A DNA stretch of 64,000 bases from an uncultured delta proteobacterium (GCA_963785235.1 CAWAUM010000001.1:192001-256000), one strand, 5' to 3'; positions 11,955 to 22,598 are shown, counted from the first letter of the stretch. Numbers and translations are program-made. Notes: a model not told the origin generated them from the letters alone.

Positions 11955-11991
11955 AAAAAGGCTGAAACGCAGTTGAGTTTCCAGCCTTTTT
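11955..11991 (+). terminator. Intrinsic terminator
   Basis: AAAAAGGCTG...CAGCCTTTTT hairpin with T-run after the 11584-11910 gene. Confidence 0.7.
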
Positions 11992-11997
11992 GTTTGA

Positions 11998-12489
11998 ATG
12001 AAAAATAGACAACTTGTAATCCTATTTATTTATTTTATTTTTCAGTTCTCTCCCCATGTTTATGCGGAAGACTTGAATAATGAAACAGGTAGTATTCTGA
12101 CCTCTGCCGAAACACTGTTCAAAGCCATGCAGAAAAAGGAGTATGCACAGATCTGGGGATCCCTTTCTCAGAAATCGCGGGATACCATTGTGCAGGATAC
12201 CTATAAGGCTTTAAAGCCAAAGGGCGGAAACTACACTGAAGCAAGCATAGGCAAAGATTTCACTGGCGAAGGGTCATTGTCTCGTGCATATTGGGATGCC
12301 TTTTTAAAAAAGTTTGATCCCACCATGATCCTCGAAGAGAGCAGATGGGAGATGGAATCAATAAAAAGTGATAAAGCCGAGATTAAGATAATCTATAAAA
12401 AGGCTCAAAGCCCTGCCATGCTCAAGATGTTCAAAGAAGGTGGCATATGGAAGGTAGGGCTTACTGAGACATTCTGGACGAGGAAATAG
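11998..12489 (+). CDS. Exported hypothetical protein
   Basis: 163 aa ORF with a signal peptide and a KEGGIWKV C-terminal motif. Confidence 0.6.
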   Translation: MKNRQLVILFIYFIFQFSPHVYAEDLNNETGSILTSAETLFKAMQKKEYAQIWGSLSQKSRDTIVQDTYKALKPKGGNYTEASIGKDFTGEGSLSRAYWDAFLKKFDPTMILEESRWEMESIKSDKAEIKIIYKKAQSPAMLKMFKEGGIWKVGLTETFWTRK

Positions 12490-12501
12490 CAAGGAGTAGA
12501 T

Positions 12502-13695
12502 TTGGAAGGGCATCAAACACAGCGCAGCGAGAATGAAGGCCAATTCGACCTTCTCGACATCCTTCTCGTCATGGCAAAAAGGAAGAGGCTGATCATCGGC
12601 ATCACCATGGGTGCGGCCTTTCTTGTCGCTGTCGTTAGTTTACTCATGTCACCCATATACCGTGCCGAGACAAAGATACTTTCACCCCAGGTGAACTCGT
12701 CCATGACTGCGCAGATCCTCAATCAGATCGGAGCCGCCGCCGGGTTCCTCGGCGGTGCGCCCGGGGTCAAGTCACCCAATGAACTCTATATTGGTCTGTT
12801 GAAGAGCAGGCCTGTGCTCGACCGTATCATCGACAGGTTTGATCTGATGAAACTCTATGAAGTTAAATATCGCGAAGATGCCCAAAGTTCATTATTAAAA
12901 AACATCAAGGCACGAAATGATCTCAAGAGCAGCATCATCACCGTCGGAATTGAAGACAAAGACCCGAAACGGGCAGCTGATATGGCCAATGCACTCATAG
13001 AGGAGCTGCGGGTCATGAATAAAGGGCTCTCGGTCACAGAGGCTTCCCAGAGGAGGCTCTTTTTTGAAGAGCAGCTGAAGGAGGCCAAAGACTCCCTGTC
13101 AAAGGCCGAAGAGGCCATGAAGGGCTTCCAGGAGAAGAGCGGTGCGGTCAAGATCGATGCCCAGGCTGATGCGATCATAAGGGGTATTTCAGAATTCATG
13201 GCGCAGATTTCGGCCAAAGAAGTGCAGGTGCGAGTGATGAGGACTTATTCCACGCCGCAGAATCCTGATATCCTCAGGGCCGAGGAAGAGCTGAAGGGAA
13301 TGAAGGCGCAACTGTCAAAGCTCGAATCAAAGAGCGAAGGCGGGGGTGTAATAGTACCGACAGGAAATATGCCCTCAACAGGCACGCAATATGTTCGGTT
13401 GATGAGGGACCTGAAGTTCAACGAGACCCTCTATGAACTTCTGTTCAGCCAGTACCAGTCCGCCAAGATCGATGAGGCAAGGGATGCATCGGTAATCCAG
13501 GTCATCGAGAAGGCCGTGCCGCCGGCGAAAAAGATAAAGCCGAAAAGGAGTCTCATGGTAATCCTTGCCATGATCTCGGGTTTTTTTATTTCCATAGTAG
13601 TAGCCTTTTTTCTGGAATATATGGAGGGGGTCTCGGGTAATCCGGATTCTCTGGAAAAGGTTGCAAGGCTGAAAAGCAATATGTCATTCAGGTAA
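12502..13695 (+). CDS. Polysaccharide chain-length determinant (Wzz/GumC family)
   Basis: N- and C-terminal TM helices, central coiled coil, IEKAVPPAKKIKPKR Pro-rich motif. Confidence 0.88.
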   Translation: MEGHQTQRSENEGQFDLLDILLVMAKRKRLIIGITMGAAFLVAVVSLLMSPIYRAETKILSPQVNSSMTAQILNQIGAAAGFLGGAPGVKSPNELYIGLLKSRPVLDRIIDRFDLMKLYEVKYREDAQSSLLKNIKARNDLKSSIITVGIEDKDPKRAADMANALIEELRVMNKGLSVTEASQRRLFFEEQLKEAKDSLSKAEEAMKGFQEKSGAVKIDAQADAIIRGISEFMAQISAKEVQVRVMRTYSTPQNPDILRAEEELKGMKAQLSKLESKSEGGGVIVPTGNMPSTGTQYVRLMRDLKFNETLYELLFSQYQSAKIDEARDASVIQVIEKAVPPAKKIKPKRSLMVILAMISGFFISIVVAFFLEYMEGVSGNPDSLEKVARLKSNMSFR

Positions 13696-13811
13696 ACGGT
13701 GATGGAGAATACTAAGGGGAAAGGAACACGGCAATATAAACTGTCGGCAACAGGTGGCCTGTGTGTTTTCTCATTGACAATGAATGTACCTGGGGAGAGG
13801 ATTATTCCATA

Positions 13812-15797
13812 ATGCTTTTTGAGATGCGAAATTCCTCCACTATTTTCAGAAAGAAATTCTGGACTATACTCCTTGCGGATATAACCCTTCTTGTTTTGTG
13901 TTATGTCAGCGCATACGCAATTCGTTTTGAAGGCAGCATAGCACCTGTTTATCAGCAACAGATCATAACCACCCTTTTGCCGCTGCTGGCCATTAAGGTC
14001 TGCTGCTTCTTTGCCTTTGAACTCTATCGGGGCATGTGGAGGTATGCGGGTATACGGGATCTGGTGAACATCGTGAAGGGCGCCCTTTGCAGTATGTTGA
14101 TATTTGTCGGGTATCTAGCCATATTCCGGCATTTCGAAGGCGTATCCCGAGGTGTGGTTGTCATTGATTTTCTTTTAACCGTCATAAGCATTGGCGGGTT
14201 CCGGCTTCTCGTCCGGCTCTATTACCAGAGGGACAGCGCATTTGTGGATGAGCTTGTGTTCTGGCGGAAATCACTCAGGAGCAGAAGGAACATCCTCATC
14301 GTAGGGACAGGGACCCGCGCTGAGAAGCTCATGCGGGAGATCCACGAAAACAGCAAGACCAGTTACCGGGTGATCGGTTTCATTGACATGGGTGGTATGC
14401 ACAAGGGCATGAAGATTCATGGGGTCCCCATACTGGGAACAGCAACCGACCTGCCGCAGCTGGTTTCATTTCATGAGATCGAGGATATCCTCATCGCTGA
14501 TTCGGATCTGAATGCAAAGGCAATAAGCGCTATTGTCGAGATGTGCGGGGATTGCGGGGTCAGGTTTAAGGTTATCCCGTCACTTTCTGAAAGGATGAGC
14601 CAGGGGGAAGCCGACAGTCTCAGGGATATAAAACTTGAAGATCTTATGGACAGGGAACCCGTGAAGCTCGACATGGAGCTGGTCAGGGCGGAAATCCAGG
14701 GGCAGACGATACTCGTTACCGGGGCAGGGGGATCCATAGGGTCTGAACTCTGCAGGCAGATACTGAGATACAAGCCCGACAGGCTAATCCTGGTTGATAA
14801 CGCGGAGACACCGCTGTATCACATCGACATGGAGCTGAATTCTTTGAAGGCTGCCGATTCAAGGACAGAGATCATCCCGTGTATCGGGGATGTGCGGAGC
14901 AGGAGGAGCCTGGAGCGCATATTCCGCAGGCACAAACCCCAGTATGTGTATCATGCCGCAGCGTACAAACACGTGCCCATGATGGAGCGCTCGCCCATAG
15001 ATGCCATAAACAACAACATCATCGGCACATTCAAGCTTGCCACCCTGTCGTGCAAGTATCATGTGAGGAAGTTTGTACTGATCTCCACAGACAAGGCCGT
15101 GCGGCCCACATCGGTGATGGGGGCCACCAAGAGGGTTGCGGAGCTGGTCGTGCAGTCGATTAACGGGAACGGGACCAGGTTTGTGGTGGTGCGGTTCGGC
15201 AATGTGCTGGGGAGCAACGGGAGCGTGGTGCCGCTGTTCCAGGGGCAGATCGCATCCGGCGGACCGGTCACGGTAACGCACCCTGAGGTGACGAGATATT
15301 TCATGACCATACCCGAGGCGGTGATGCTGGTGCTTCAGGCAGGGTCCATCGGCAAGGGCGGAGAACTGTTCCTGCTGGATATGGGCAAACAGGTGAAGAT
15401 CTCGGACCTGGCAAGAAACATGATACGGCTTTCAGGCTTTGTGCCGGACAAGGATATCAAGATTGAATATATCGGGCTCAGGCCAGGTGAGAAGCTCTAC
15501 GAGGAATTGCTCATAGATGGAGAAGGAATCATTGACACTGCCTATGAAAAGATCAAGGTGTGCAATACCTGCAGCAGGATCGATGAGGAGGATCTCTTCG
15601 GGGGGATCGAGCATTTCAGTCTGCTCGTGAAGAACTCCGGTGATTCCAAGACCGCCCTGAAAATCCTGGAAAGACTCATACCGGATTTCAAGAGAGAAGA
15701 TAGTTCAGAATCAACGACATCTTCAGCCGAACCTTATCTTTCTGAAGAGAAAGGTACGACCATCATTCAGGTGAAATCTAAGATCTATTCCAAATAG
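13812..15797 (+). CDS. Nucleoside-diphosphate sugar 4,6-dehydratase (PglF/CapD/WbpM family)
   Basis: N-terminal TMs, then VTGAGGSIGSEL, HAAAYKHVP, STDKAV, RFGNVLGS and RPGEKLYEEL. Start approximate. Confidence 0.93.
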   Translation: MLFEMRNSSTIFRKKFWTILLADITLLVLCYVSAYAIRFEGSIAPVYQQQIITTLLPLLAIKVCCFFAFELYRGMWRYAGIRDLVNIVKGALCSMLIFVGYLAIFRHFEGVSRGVVVIDFLLTVISIGGFRLLVRLYYQRDSAFVDELVFWRKSLRSRRNILIVGTGTRAEKLMREIHENSKTSYRVIGFIDMGGMHKGMKIHGVPILGTATDLPQLVSFHEIEDILIADSDLNAKAISAIVEMCGDCGVRFKVIPSLSERMSQGEADSLRDIKLEDLMDREPVKLDMELVRAEIQGQTILVTGAGGSIGSELCRQILRYKPDRLILVDNAETPLYHIDMELNSLKAADSRTEIIPCIGDVRSRRSLERIFRRHKPQYVYHAAAYKHVPMMERSPIDAINNNIIGTFKLATLSCKYHVRKFVLISTDKAVRPTSVMGATKRVAELVVQSINGNGTRFVVVRFGNVLGSNGSVVPLFQGQIASGGPVTVTHPEVTRYFMTIPEAVMLVLQAGSIGKGGELFLLDMGKQVKISDLARNMIRLSGFVPDKDIKIEYIGLRPGEKLYEELLIDGEGIIDTAYEKIKVCNTCSRIDEEDLFGGIEHFSLLVKNSGDSKTALKILERLIPDFKREDSSESTTSSAEPYLSEEKGTTIIQVKSKIYSK

Positions 15798-15839
15798 GCC
15801 TCTCCCAAACCCTTGACGAACAAGGTTGGAGGGTGATAC

Positions 15840-16289
15840 ATGCTTGGTCTTGATGATTGCTCTTTGATGAAGATGGCATTGGAAGAGGCACAGAAGGCTG
15901 CCGATATTGGAGAAGTGCCGGTCGGCGCAGTGCTTGTGGTCAATGATCATGTGGTTACAGGCCACAACAGGATGATCATGGATAATGATCCTACTGCGCA
16001 TGCCGAGATAGTGGTTATCCGTGAGGCTGCACGGCTGGCTGATAATTACCGGCTCACACACTCGAGGCTCTATGTCACCATTGAGCCGTGCATCATGTGT
16101 GTGGGCGCGATTATCCAGGCACGCATTGAATACCTCTTCTATGGTGCGAGAGATAGACGCTATGGCGCCGTGGAATCCATGATCGAGGGATTCAGGCTTG
16201 ATGTAAACCACAAGCCTGTTATCCATGCCGGTTTCATGGAAGATCAGGCGGGCTCTTTGATAAAGGCCTTTTTCAAAGCAAAAAGGTAA
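15840..16289 (+). CDS. tadA: tRNA adenosine(34) deaminase
   Basis: EVPVGAV, PTAHAE and EPCIMC zinc motifs. Sits before tRNA-Ser, ffs and dnaX. Confidence 0.92.
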   Translation: MLGLDDCSLMKMALEEAQKAADIGEVPVGAVLVVNDHVVTGHNRMIMDNDPTAHAEIVVIREAARLADNYRLTHSRLYVTIEPCIMCVGAIIQARIEYLFYGARDRRYGAVESMIEGFRLDVNHKPVIHAGFMEDQAGSLIKAFFKAKR

Positions 16290-16380
16290 GGAGAGGTACC
16301 GAAGTGGTCATAACGGGGCCGACTCGAAATCGGCTGTCCTTTTTCAAGGACCGGGGGTTCGAATCCCTCCCTCTCCGCCA
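16290..16380 (+). tRNA. tRNA-Ser(CGA)
   Basis: GGAGAGG acceptor, anticodon arm GCCGA-CTCGAAA-TCGGC, long variable arm, GGTTCGAATCC and encoded CCA. Confidence 0.96.
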
Positions 16381-16401
16381 ACACGAATACGTTACGCATG
16401 A

Positions 16402-16494
16402 GGAGAGATGCCCGAGAGGCCGAAGGGGCACGATTGGAAATCGTGTGTACCGCTAATAACGGTACCGAGGGTTCGAATCCCTCTCTCTCCGCCA
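16402..16494 (+). tRNA. tRNA-Ser(GGA)
   Basis: Anticodon arm CACGA-TTGGAAA-TCGTG, long variable arm, T-arm and encoded CCA. Confidence 0.96.
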
Positions 16495-16501
16495 TATGAA
16501 C

Positions 16502-16625
16502 AAGGCCTTGCAAGAGGCCGGGTCTCATACAATGCAGCACTGCGAACCCCGTCAGGCCCGGAAGGGAGCAGCGGTAAGCAAGATGCTGTGTGTGTATGGT
16601 AAGGCCCGGTCTCTTGCAGGGCCTT
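16502..16625 (+). ncRNA. ffs: Signal recognition particle RNA (4.5S)
   Basis: Conserved GTCAGGCCCGGAAGGGAGCAGC domain IV inside a long hairpin, immediately upstream of dnaX. Confidence 0.92.
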
Positions 16626-16691
16626 AGTGTTTTTCGTAAGGACGAAGGCAGTCCGCTTGTGTAATATGGGTTTTAATACGAGGATGATTTT

Positions 16692-18239
16692 ATGTATCAG
16701 GTCATAGCCCGTAAGTTCAGACCCCAGCGGTTCGAAGATGTTGTGGGGCAGGAGCATGTCACGAGGGTGCTCTGCAATGCCATAGAGCTGAACAGGCTGC
16801 CCCATGCATTTATCTTTTCCGGCCCCCGGGGTGTGGGCAAGACTTCTGTTGCCCGGATTCTCGCCAAGGCAATCAATTGCGACAAGGGTCTATCCTGCAA
16901 CCCATGCAATACCTGCCCCTTGTGTATGGATATCACTGCATCGCGTGCAGTCGACGTGTTCGAGATAGATGCAGCCACCCATACCCAGGTGGAAAAGATC
17001 CGTGACCTCATTGAAAATTCCCGGTACACACCCACGGTGGCACGATATAAGACCTTTATCATCGATGAAGTGCACATGCTCTCACGGAGCGCCTTTAATG
17101 CCCTGCTGAAGACATTGGAAGAGCCGCCTGCGCATGTGATATTCATTCTCGCCACGACCGAGCTTGCAAAGGTCCCTGTTACGGTGCTCTCGCGCTGCCA
17201 GCGTTACGACTTCAGGCGGATCCCGGTGGATGATATTGTCCGTCATCTCGCATCAGTCGCCCAAAAAGAGCAGATCACCATCACTGATGATGCCCTGGTC
17301 GTAATAGCGCTGCAGGCCGATGGCAGCATGAGGGATGCCCAGGGCATGCTTGAGCATATTTCCGCCGCAGGCAGGGACCTCATTGGAGTTGATGCGGTGG
17401 AAGATTCCCTTGGGCTTGTGGGAAGATCGACCATGCGCGATCTGGTCACGGCAATTGTGAAAAAGGATGCCCCCGGCACCCTCCATGTCGTTGAGCGGGT
17501 CTACCGGTACGGGCAGGATCTGAATCAGCTTTATCGATCGCTCCTGGAGCAGTTCAGGAATATGATGGTCCTCAAGGCCGGTTATATGAATGTAACGCTG
17601 CCCGAAGAAGAGAAGGCCTTCCTGAAAGATCTCATGTCCGACATATCCTTCGAAGAGGTCCACCGGTACCTGAGTGTTCTCATTCGTTCTGAAGAGGACA
17701 TGAAGTTTACCAGCATTACCAGGATAACCCTTGAGACGATCCTTTTGCGCATCATATCAGCCCCACGTGCAGTGGATCTGCAGAATCTCATACAGGCGGT
17801 TTCCTCCAGGGGGGCAGTGTTGCCGACAGGCCATACTCAACAGATTTCACCTGTAGAGATCTACAGGAGGCCTCCTTCCTCGCTGCCGCTTTCATGGGAA
17901 GGTTTCCTTTCATACCTGAAGGATCATGACCAGCCTCTCTATGCTGTTGCATCGAACGCCGCCCTTGAACAGGATAATGGTAATGAGATTACGTTGTCAT
18001 GCGCGAACCAATTTTTCACGGAGCAGCTCACGAAAGCCCTTCCGGATCTGACCAGCAGGGCCAGGGCCTTTCTTCAGAAGGACATGGTGCTGAATGTTGC
18101 AATAAGAGACGCCGCTGTGATTGAGAATAAAAAACCCAAACCCTCTGAGATAAGGACCCAGGCGCTGAAATCATCCCTGGTAAAAGACATCATGTCTGAA
18201 TTTAACGGCATCGTAAAGAATGTCAGACCTAAAGAATAA
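16692..18239 (+). CDS. dnaX: DNA polymerase III subunit gamma/tau
   Basis: ARKFRPQRF, GPRGVGKT, zinc Cys cluster, DEVHML and SRCQ motifs. Confidence 0.96.
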   Translation: MYQVIARKFRPQRFEDVVGQEHVTRVLCNAIELNRLPHAFIFSGPRGVGKTSVARILAKAINCDKGLSCNPCNTCPLCMDITASRAVDVFEIDAATHTQVEKIRDLIENSRYTPTVARYKTFIIDEVHMLSRSAFNALLKTLEEPPAHVIFILATTELAKVPVTVLSRCQRYDFRRIPVDDIVRHLASVAQKEQITITDDALVVIALQADGSMRDAQGMLEHISAAGRDLIGVDAVEDSLGLVGRSTMRDLVTAIVKKDAPGTLHVVERVYRYGQDLNQLYRSLLEQFRNMMVLKAGYMNVTLPEEEKAFLKDLMSDISFEEVHRYLSVLIRSEEDMKFTSITRITLETILLRIISAPRAVDLQNLIQAVSSRGAVLPTGHTQQISPVEIYRRPPSSLPLSWEGFLSYLKDHDQPLYAVASNAALEQDNGNEITLSCANQFFTEQLTKALPDLTSRARAFLQKDMVLNVAIRDAAVIENKKPKPSEIRTQALKSSLVKDIMSEFNGIVKNVRPKE

Positions 18240-19185
18240 TACCATTACTGCAATTGATGGCGTGCGCGTCGGCCATTGCTCTGATCTTGAGGGGGGCACC
18301 GGTGTTACCGTAATCCTGTTCGATAAGCCGGCACTGGGCGCTGTGGATATTACGGGAATGGCCACATCCACCAGGCAGATCGATTCCCTTGACATGCTGC
18401 ATCCCGGCAGTGCAATTCACGCCCTGTGCCTGGCCGGAGGATCTGCCTTCGGCCTCGACGCCGCATCAGGTGTCGTGCGGTATCTCGGCGAGCAGGGCAT
18501 AGGGCTTGATCTTGTAGTGGCCAGAGTTCCCGTTGTTCCAACGGCTGTCATATTCGACCTGTCCTTCATGGATTCACAGGCCAGGCCGACACAGGCCATG
18601 GCATATGAGGCATGCCTGGCAGCCTCATCTTCTCCGGTTGAGCAGGGGTGCATGGGCGCAGGCACCGGTGCTACCTGCGGCAAGCTCAGGGGCGTGGCAT
18701 ATGGTACAAAGGCAGGGCTCGGCTCCGGCATGATTCAAGGCGCGGATGGCGTCCTCATGGGCGCCCTGGTGGTTGCAAACCCCTTCGGGGATGTCCTTGA
18801 TGAGCAGGGCCGGATCATTGCAGGCTCGCGTGATGATAACGGGTTTCTCAACATGCAGGATGCCATTACGAAGGGTGAGGTGAGAGGGCGTTTCGGTGCG
18901 CCGGGCAACACAACTCTTTGTGTCCTTGTAACTGATGCCTGCATGGATAAGGTCATGGCAATGCAGGTGGCGCGCATGGCAGGCCAGGGTCTTGCCAGGC
19001 ACATCTCTCCTTTCAACACCCCTTTTGATGGTGATATGGTCTTCTGTCTTTGTGTGGGAGAAAAACCGGCCCACCCGCTCCATCTCGGTGTCATAGCTGC
19101 CCAGGCAGCGAGCAGTGCCCTGTTGAATGCCGTGCGGCATGCCCGGAGCATGGGCGGGATTCCTGCCTCGTATGATATTCTTTAA
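18220..19185 (+). CDS. Peptidase family S58 (DmpA/P1-like)
   Basis: GVRVGH, GGSAFGL, GAGTGAT, NTTL and DGD motifs. Confidence 0.88.
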   Translation: MSDLKNNTITAIDGVRVGHCSDLEGGTGVTVILFDKPALGAVDITGMATSTRQIDSLDMLHPGSAIHALCLAGGSAFGLDAASGVVRYLGEQGIGLDLVVARVPVVPTAVIFDLSFMDSQARPTQAMAYEACLAASSSPVEQGCMGAGTGATCGKLRGVAYGTKAGLGSGMIQGADGVLMGALVVANPFGDVLDEQGRIIAGSRDDNGFLNMQDAITKGEVRGRFGAPGNTTLCVLVTDACMDKVMAMQVARMAGQGLARHISPFNTPFDGDMVFCLCVGEKPAHPLHLGVIAAQAASSALLNAVRHARSMGGIPASYDIL

Positions 19186-19277
19186 CTGATATACGCTCAT
19201 TCAAGAGCCGCCGGAGGACTTCCGTTGCCGCGAGTGGAAACCGTGGTCATGCGCGGGTTCATGGGGGTTCAAAACCG

Positions 19278-19306
19278 TTGACAAAGCCAAGGCAGTTGGG
19301 TAGAAG
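19278..19306 (+). promoter_or_regulatory. sigma70-type promoter for tRNA-Met
   Basis: TTGACA, 17-nt spacer, TAGAAG, ending 10 nt before the tRNA. Confidence 0.6.
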
Positions 19307-19316
19307 TGATGTCCGT

Positions 19317-19393
19317 GGCGGAGTAGCTCAGGTGGTCAGAGCATGCGGCTCATATCCGCAGTGTCGGGGGTTCAAATCCCTCCTCCGCTACCA
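19317..19393 (+). tRNA. tRNA-Met(CAT), elongator type
   Basis: Anticodon arm TGCGG-CTCATAT-CCGCA. G1 start and no initiator GGG/CCC anticodon stem; encoded CCA. Confidence 0.92.
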
Positions 19394-19404
19394 TTCATGA
19401 TAAT

Positions 19405-19441
19405 AAAAAAAGCAGGGTCTTTGCCGGCCCTGCTTTTTTTT
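19405..19441. terminator. Bidirectional intrinsic terminator
   Basis: A7-GCAGGG...CCCTGC-T8 between the convergent tRNA-Met and PEP-CTERM genes. Confidence 0.85.
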
Positions 19442-19456
19442 CGATGAATGGAATAA

Positions 19457-20117
19457 TCAGGCTTTTTTGAATATCTTCCGGAATCCGGCAAGCCCTATCA
19501 TCCCGGAGCCCAGGAGCAGCATGGTGGCCGGTTCTGGGACAGGGGCGGTGTTTCGGTTATTTGTACTGTCGGTGAGGTTATAGGTGAAGTTATCCATCAA
19601 CCAGTATGCGCTTGTTGAATTGGATGTTGCCTGTATAACCAGCTTTGTTATATTCGAGAAGTCTGCTGACAACCAGTTGTAAGAATTAGTTGACAGGAAG
19701 AATTCAGATGACGAACCAACCTGGTTGAGCTCCATTATATGCAAACAGGGTAATAGACGATGCGGTGCGGGAGTCTGCCCTCTGGCCATCATTTTGTGCA
19801 AATGCGGTAAAATCTGCACCGGAAAAATTAGCAGTCTTGAAAAAATCGATGACCATGGTTTTTACTCCAAAACCATTGAACAAGGCATACTCTCCGGAAG
19901 GGGAACCATAGCTGTTGCCCCATGAAGTTGCATAATTTGTATCGGATTGAACATATGCAGATGAGTTGAAGGTTAAATCAGGATAATAATTTGTAGGGAT
20001 TTTTACGCTGCTGACTCCCGATGTTATGTCATCGAAGGTAATGACAGCGGTATGTCCGGGTATACTGAGGCCAATGAGCATGACCATAGTAATTAAGGTG
20101 ACCATTCTTTTTATCAT
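19457..20117 (-). CDS. PEP-CTERM sorting-domain protein, frameshift near 19720
   Basis: GGAGG RBS, signal peptide MIKRMVTL...GHTA and C-terminal VPEPATMLLLGSGMIGLAGFRKIFKKA. Confidence 0.9.
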
Positions 20118-20153
20118 AAATAATTCCTCCAGGGTGCTTGGTAGTGCTAGATA

Positions 20154-20170
20154 TTGCACGTTTAATGCCA
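20154..20170 (-). promoter_or_regulatory. sigma54 (-24/-12) promoter
   Basis: Minus strand reads TGGCATTAAACGTGCAA (GG-N10-GC), 36 nt upstream of the PEP-CTERM start. Confidence 0.7.
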
Positions 20171-20469
20171 AGGACCAGATATTGTAACTAATTGAATATA
20201 AATAAATTAATAATCTTTCAAGGCACATGATGGGGCAATATATGCTTGCATATGTAAAACTATGCCTATTAGGGGGAAGTTATTTTCCATCGGTCCCTAG
20301 GATCCTTTCGAGGGAGGGGGTGAAACCTTTTTTGAGTTTTGCAATTGCCTTGAGAGAAAGAAATAATAGGTATCTCTTCTCAATGATGATATGGAAGTTG
20401 AAAGACATCCAAGATCTGGTTTATTATCCTTAACAATTTCTGATAAAAGTTATGAAAGGTTGATGTAGC

Positions 20470-22536
20470 ATGTCTAAAAAAATCATGCTTGCTTTGTGTA
20501 TTCACTCCCACCAGCCGGTGGGTAATTATGCAAGTGTTTTTGAACAGGGAGCCAGGGAATGCTATCTGCCTTTTCTGAGGCTCCTGAAGGAGTACCCGGA
20601 TATTCGGGCAACGCTCCACTATACCGGGCCGTTACTTGAATGGTTCGATCAGAATTCACCGGAATTTTTCGAGCTGCTTTCCCTGCTGGTGGAAAGATCA
20701 CAGGTGGAACTCATGGGGGGTGGTTTTTATGAGCCCATTCTGCCCGTTATCCCCGAAAGAGATGTTCATAAACAGATTGAATATACGAAAGACTATATGA
20801 AAAACAGGTTCGGTGTGGTCCCCCGGGGCATGTGGTGCACGGAGAGGATCTGGGACCCAAGCCTCCCGAAAAAGATCAACTCCGGGGCAAAGGTTGAATA
20901 TACCCTGCTCGATGACAGCCATTTTCTTTCTGCCGGTCTTTGCCCGGATGATGTCCATGGATATTACATAACCGAAAGGGAGGGATATGCCCTTAAGGTG
21001 TTTCCCATTGACATGCACCTGCGCTACCTCATCCCTTTCAAAGAGCCCAATGAAATTATTGACTATATCCTCCATCTGAAGGCTAAGGGGGTGAATGTAA
21101 TCACCTATGGAGACGATGGGGAAAAATTCGGCATGTGGCCGGGGACATTCAAATGGGTGATAGAGCAGGGATGGCTCAGGCGTTTCTTTGATGCCATGCT
21201 GAAGGTTTCAAACGAGATTGAGATTGTTCCCCTGTCTCACGCCCTGGACAGTTATCCCCCCAACGGGCTCGTCTACCTGCCTACGGCAACCTATCAGGAA
21301 ATGATGGAATGGAGCCTCCTTGCCCCTCAGGGCAGATACTATGAAGAACTGGTGAAGAGGGCAAAAACGGAGCACGACTGGGACCGCAAGCGCGCATTTT
21401 TAAGGGGCGGCATGTGGGACAACTTCCTCTCCAAGTATCGTGAGTCTAATCTGATGCATAAAAAGATGCTGAAGGTGAGCTCACTGGTGCAGACATATGG
21501 GAAAGGGTCTGACGATGCCATGAAGCATCTCCTCATGGGGCAATGTAATTGCCCCTACTGGCATGGCCTTTTCGGTGGAATCTATATCGGGGCCCTCAGG
21601 CATGCCATCTATGAGAATCTTCTGAAGGCCGAACAGATCATCGATGAAAACCGTATGGGCGGTTCCCCCTGGATTGTTGAACAGGTTGACCACGACGTTG
21701 ATGGGTACGAAGAGGTGCTCATTTCGGGGAAGATACTCAATTGCTATATCTCTCCACAGGACAATGCCTCTGTCTTCGGCCTTGAATACAAGCCCAAGCA
21801 TTACAGTCTCTCCAATATCCTCATGCGTAACCCTGAAATTTACCACAAGGATGTGCTCAATCCCCAGTCGCACAAAAAGAAAAAGTCAGCCGATGAGCCG
21901 TTGTCGATTCATGACATTGCCCATGAAACTCCGGAAGAGTTCAAAGAACTTCTGGTGTACGACACCTACCGGAAGAATTCCTTCATTACCCATTATCTTG
22001 AGTCACCTGCCTCAGTCGAGAAGATCCTCAAAGAAAACCGGATCGGCACCTCGCTGACTGATCATCTCCCGTTCCAGCTTGTGTCCAGCGTTGACAATGC
22101 AGACAGTGTTTCCCTTACGTTTGCCGGCACACAGGGTACTCTGGAGATAAGCAAAACATACCGGTATGACCCTGCCGGATCCATCACGTTATCTCATGTA
22201 ATATCCCCCTTAAGTGACAATACATGGGTCGTCATTGAATGGAACATATTCACCCTTACCGGCGAGAGGCCTTTTGTTGACACGCAGGCCATGGAGAATG
22301 ACCGGGGTGTTTACCGGGCTCACTGCGTTGAGATCAAGGACAGCTACAGTGGGCTCACCATCAGGATTGAGTCCGGATCTTTCTGGGTTGTCTGCATCGT
22401 GCCCATTGAATGTGTATCGCAATGTGAGGATGGCTTTGAAAAGACATTCCAGGGGTGGAGTGTATATTTCATGCAGCAATGCCAGAAAACTGTTCCTGAT
22501 GTCACGCTCAACGTGTTCTCGGAAAGTCAGGGTTGA
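20470..22536 (+). CDS. Glycoside hydrolase family 57 (alpha-amylase/4-alpha-glucanotransferase)
   Basis: HSHQPVGN, WCTERIW, GDDGEKFG and QCNCPYWHG motifs. Confidence 0.92.
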   Translation: MSKKIMLALCIHSHQPVGNYASVFEQGARECYLPFLRLLKEYPDIRATLHYTGPLLEWFDQNSPEFFELLSLLVERSQVELMGGGFYEPILPVIPERDVHKQIEYTKDYMKNRFGVVPRGMWCTERIWDPSLPKKINSGAKVEYTLLDDSHFLSAGLCPDDVHGYYITEREGYALKVFPIDMHLRYLIPFKEPNEIIDYILHLKAKGVNVITYGDDGEKFGMWPGTFKWVIEQGWLRRFFDAMLKVSNEIEIVPLSHALDSYPPNGLVYLPTATYQEMMEWSLLAPQGRYYEELVKRAKTEHDWDRKRAFLRGGMWDNFLSKYRESNLMHKKMLKVSSLVQTYGKGSDDAMKHLLMGQCNCPYWHGLFGGIYIGALRHAIYENLLKAEQIIDENRMGGSPWIVEQVDHDVDGYEEVLISGKILNCYISPQDNASVFGLEYKPKHYSLSNILMRNPEIYHKDVLNPQSHKKKKSADEPLSIHDIAHETPEEFKELLVYDTYRKNSFITHYLESPASVEKILKENRIGTSLTDHLPFQLVSSVDNADSVSLTFAGTQGTLEISKTYRYDPAGSITLSHVISPLSDNTWVVIEWNIFTLTGERPFVDTQAMENDRGVYRAHCVEIKDSYSGLTIRIESGSFWVVCIVPIECVSQCEDGFEKTFQGWSVYFMQQCQKTVPDVTLNVFSESQG

Positions 22537-22598
22537 GGATTTCAGCCATGGATATGCGTTCACCCGTAGCCTCATTATAAGGGACCTGAAAAGGAAAG

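Noticed and set aside
16244-16805. ORFs overlapping the tRNA-Ser/ffs region
   Set aside because: They are translations of the tRNA and SRP RNA sequences.
18120-18145. A-run in dnaX as a programmed gamma/tau frameshift site
   Set aside because: Not an in-frame slippery heptamer and no evident stimulatory hairpin.
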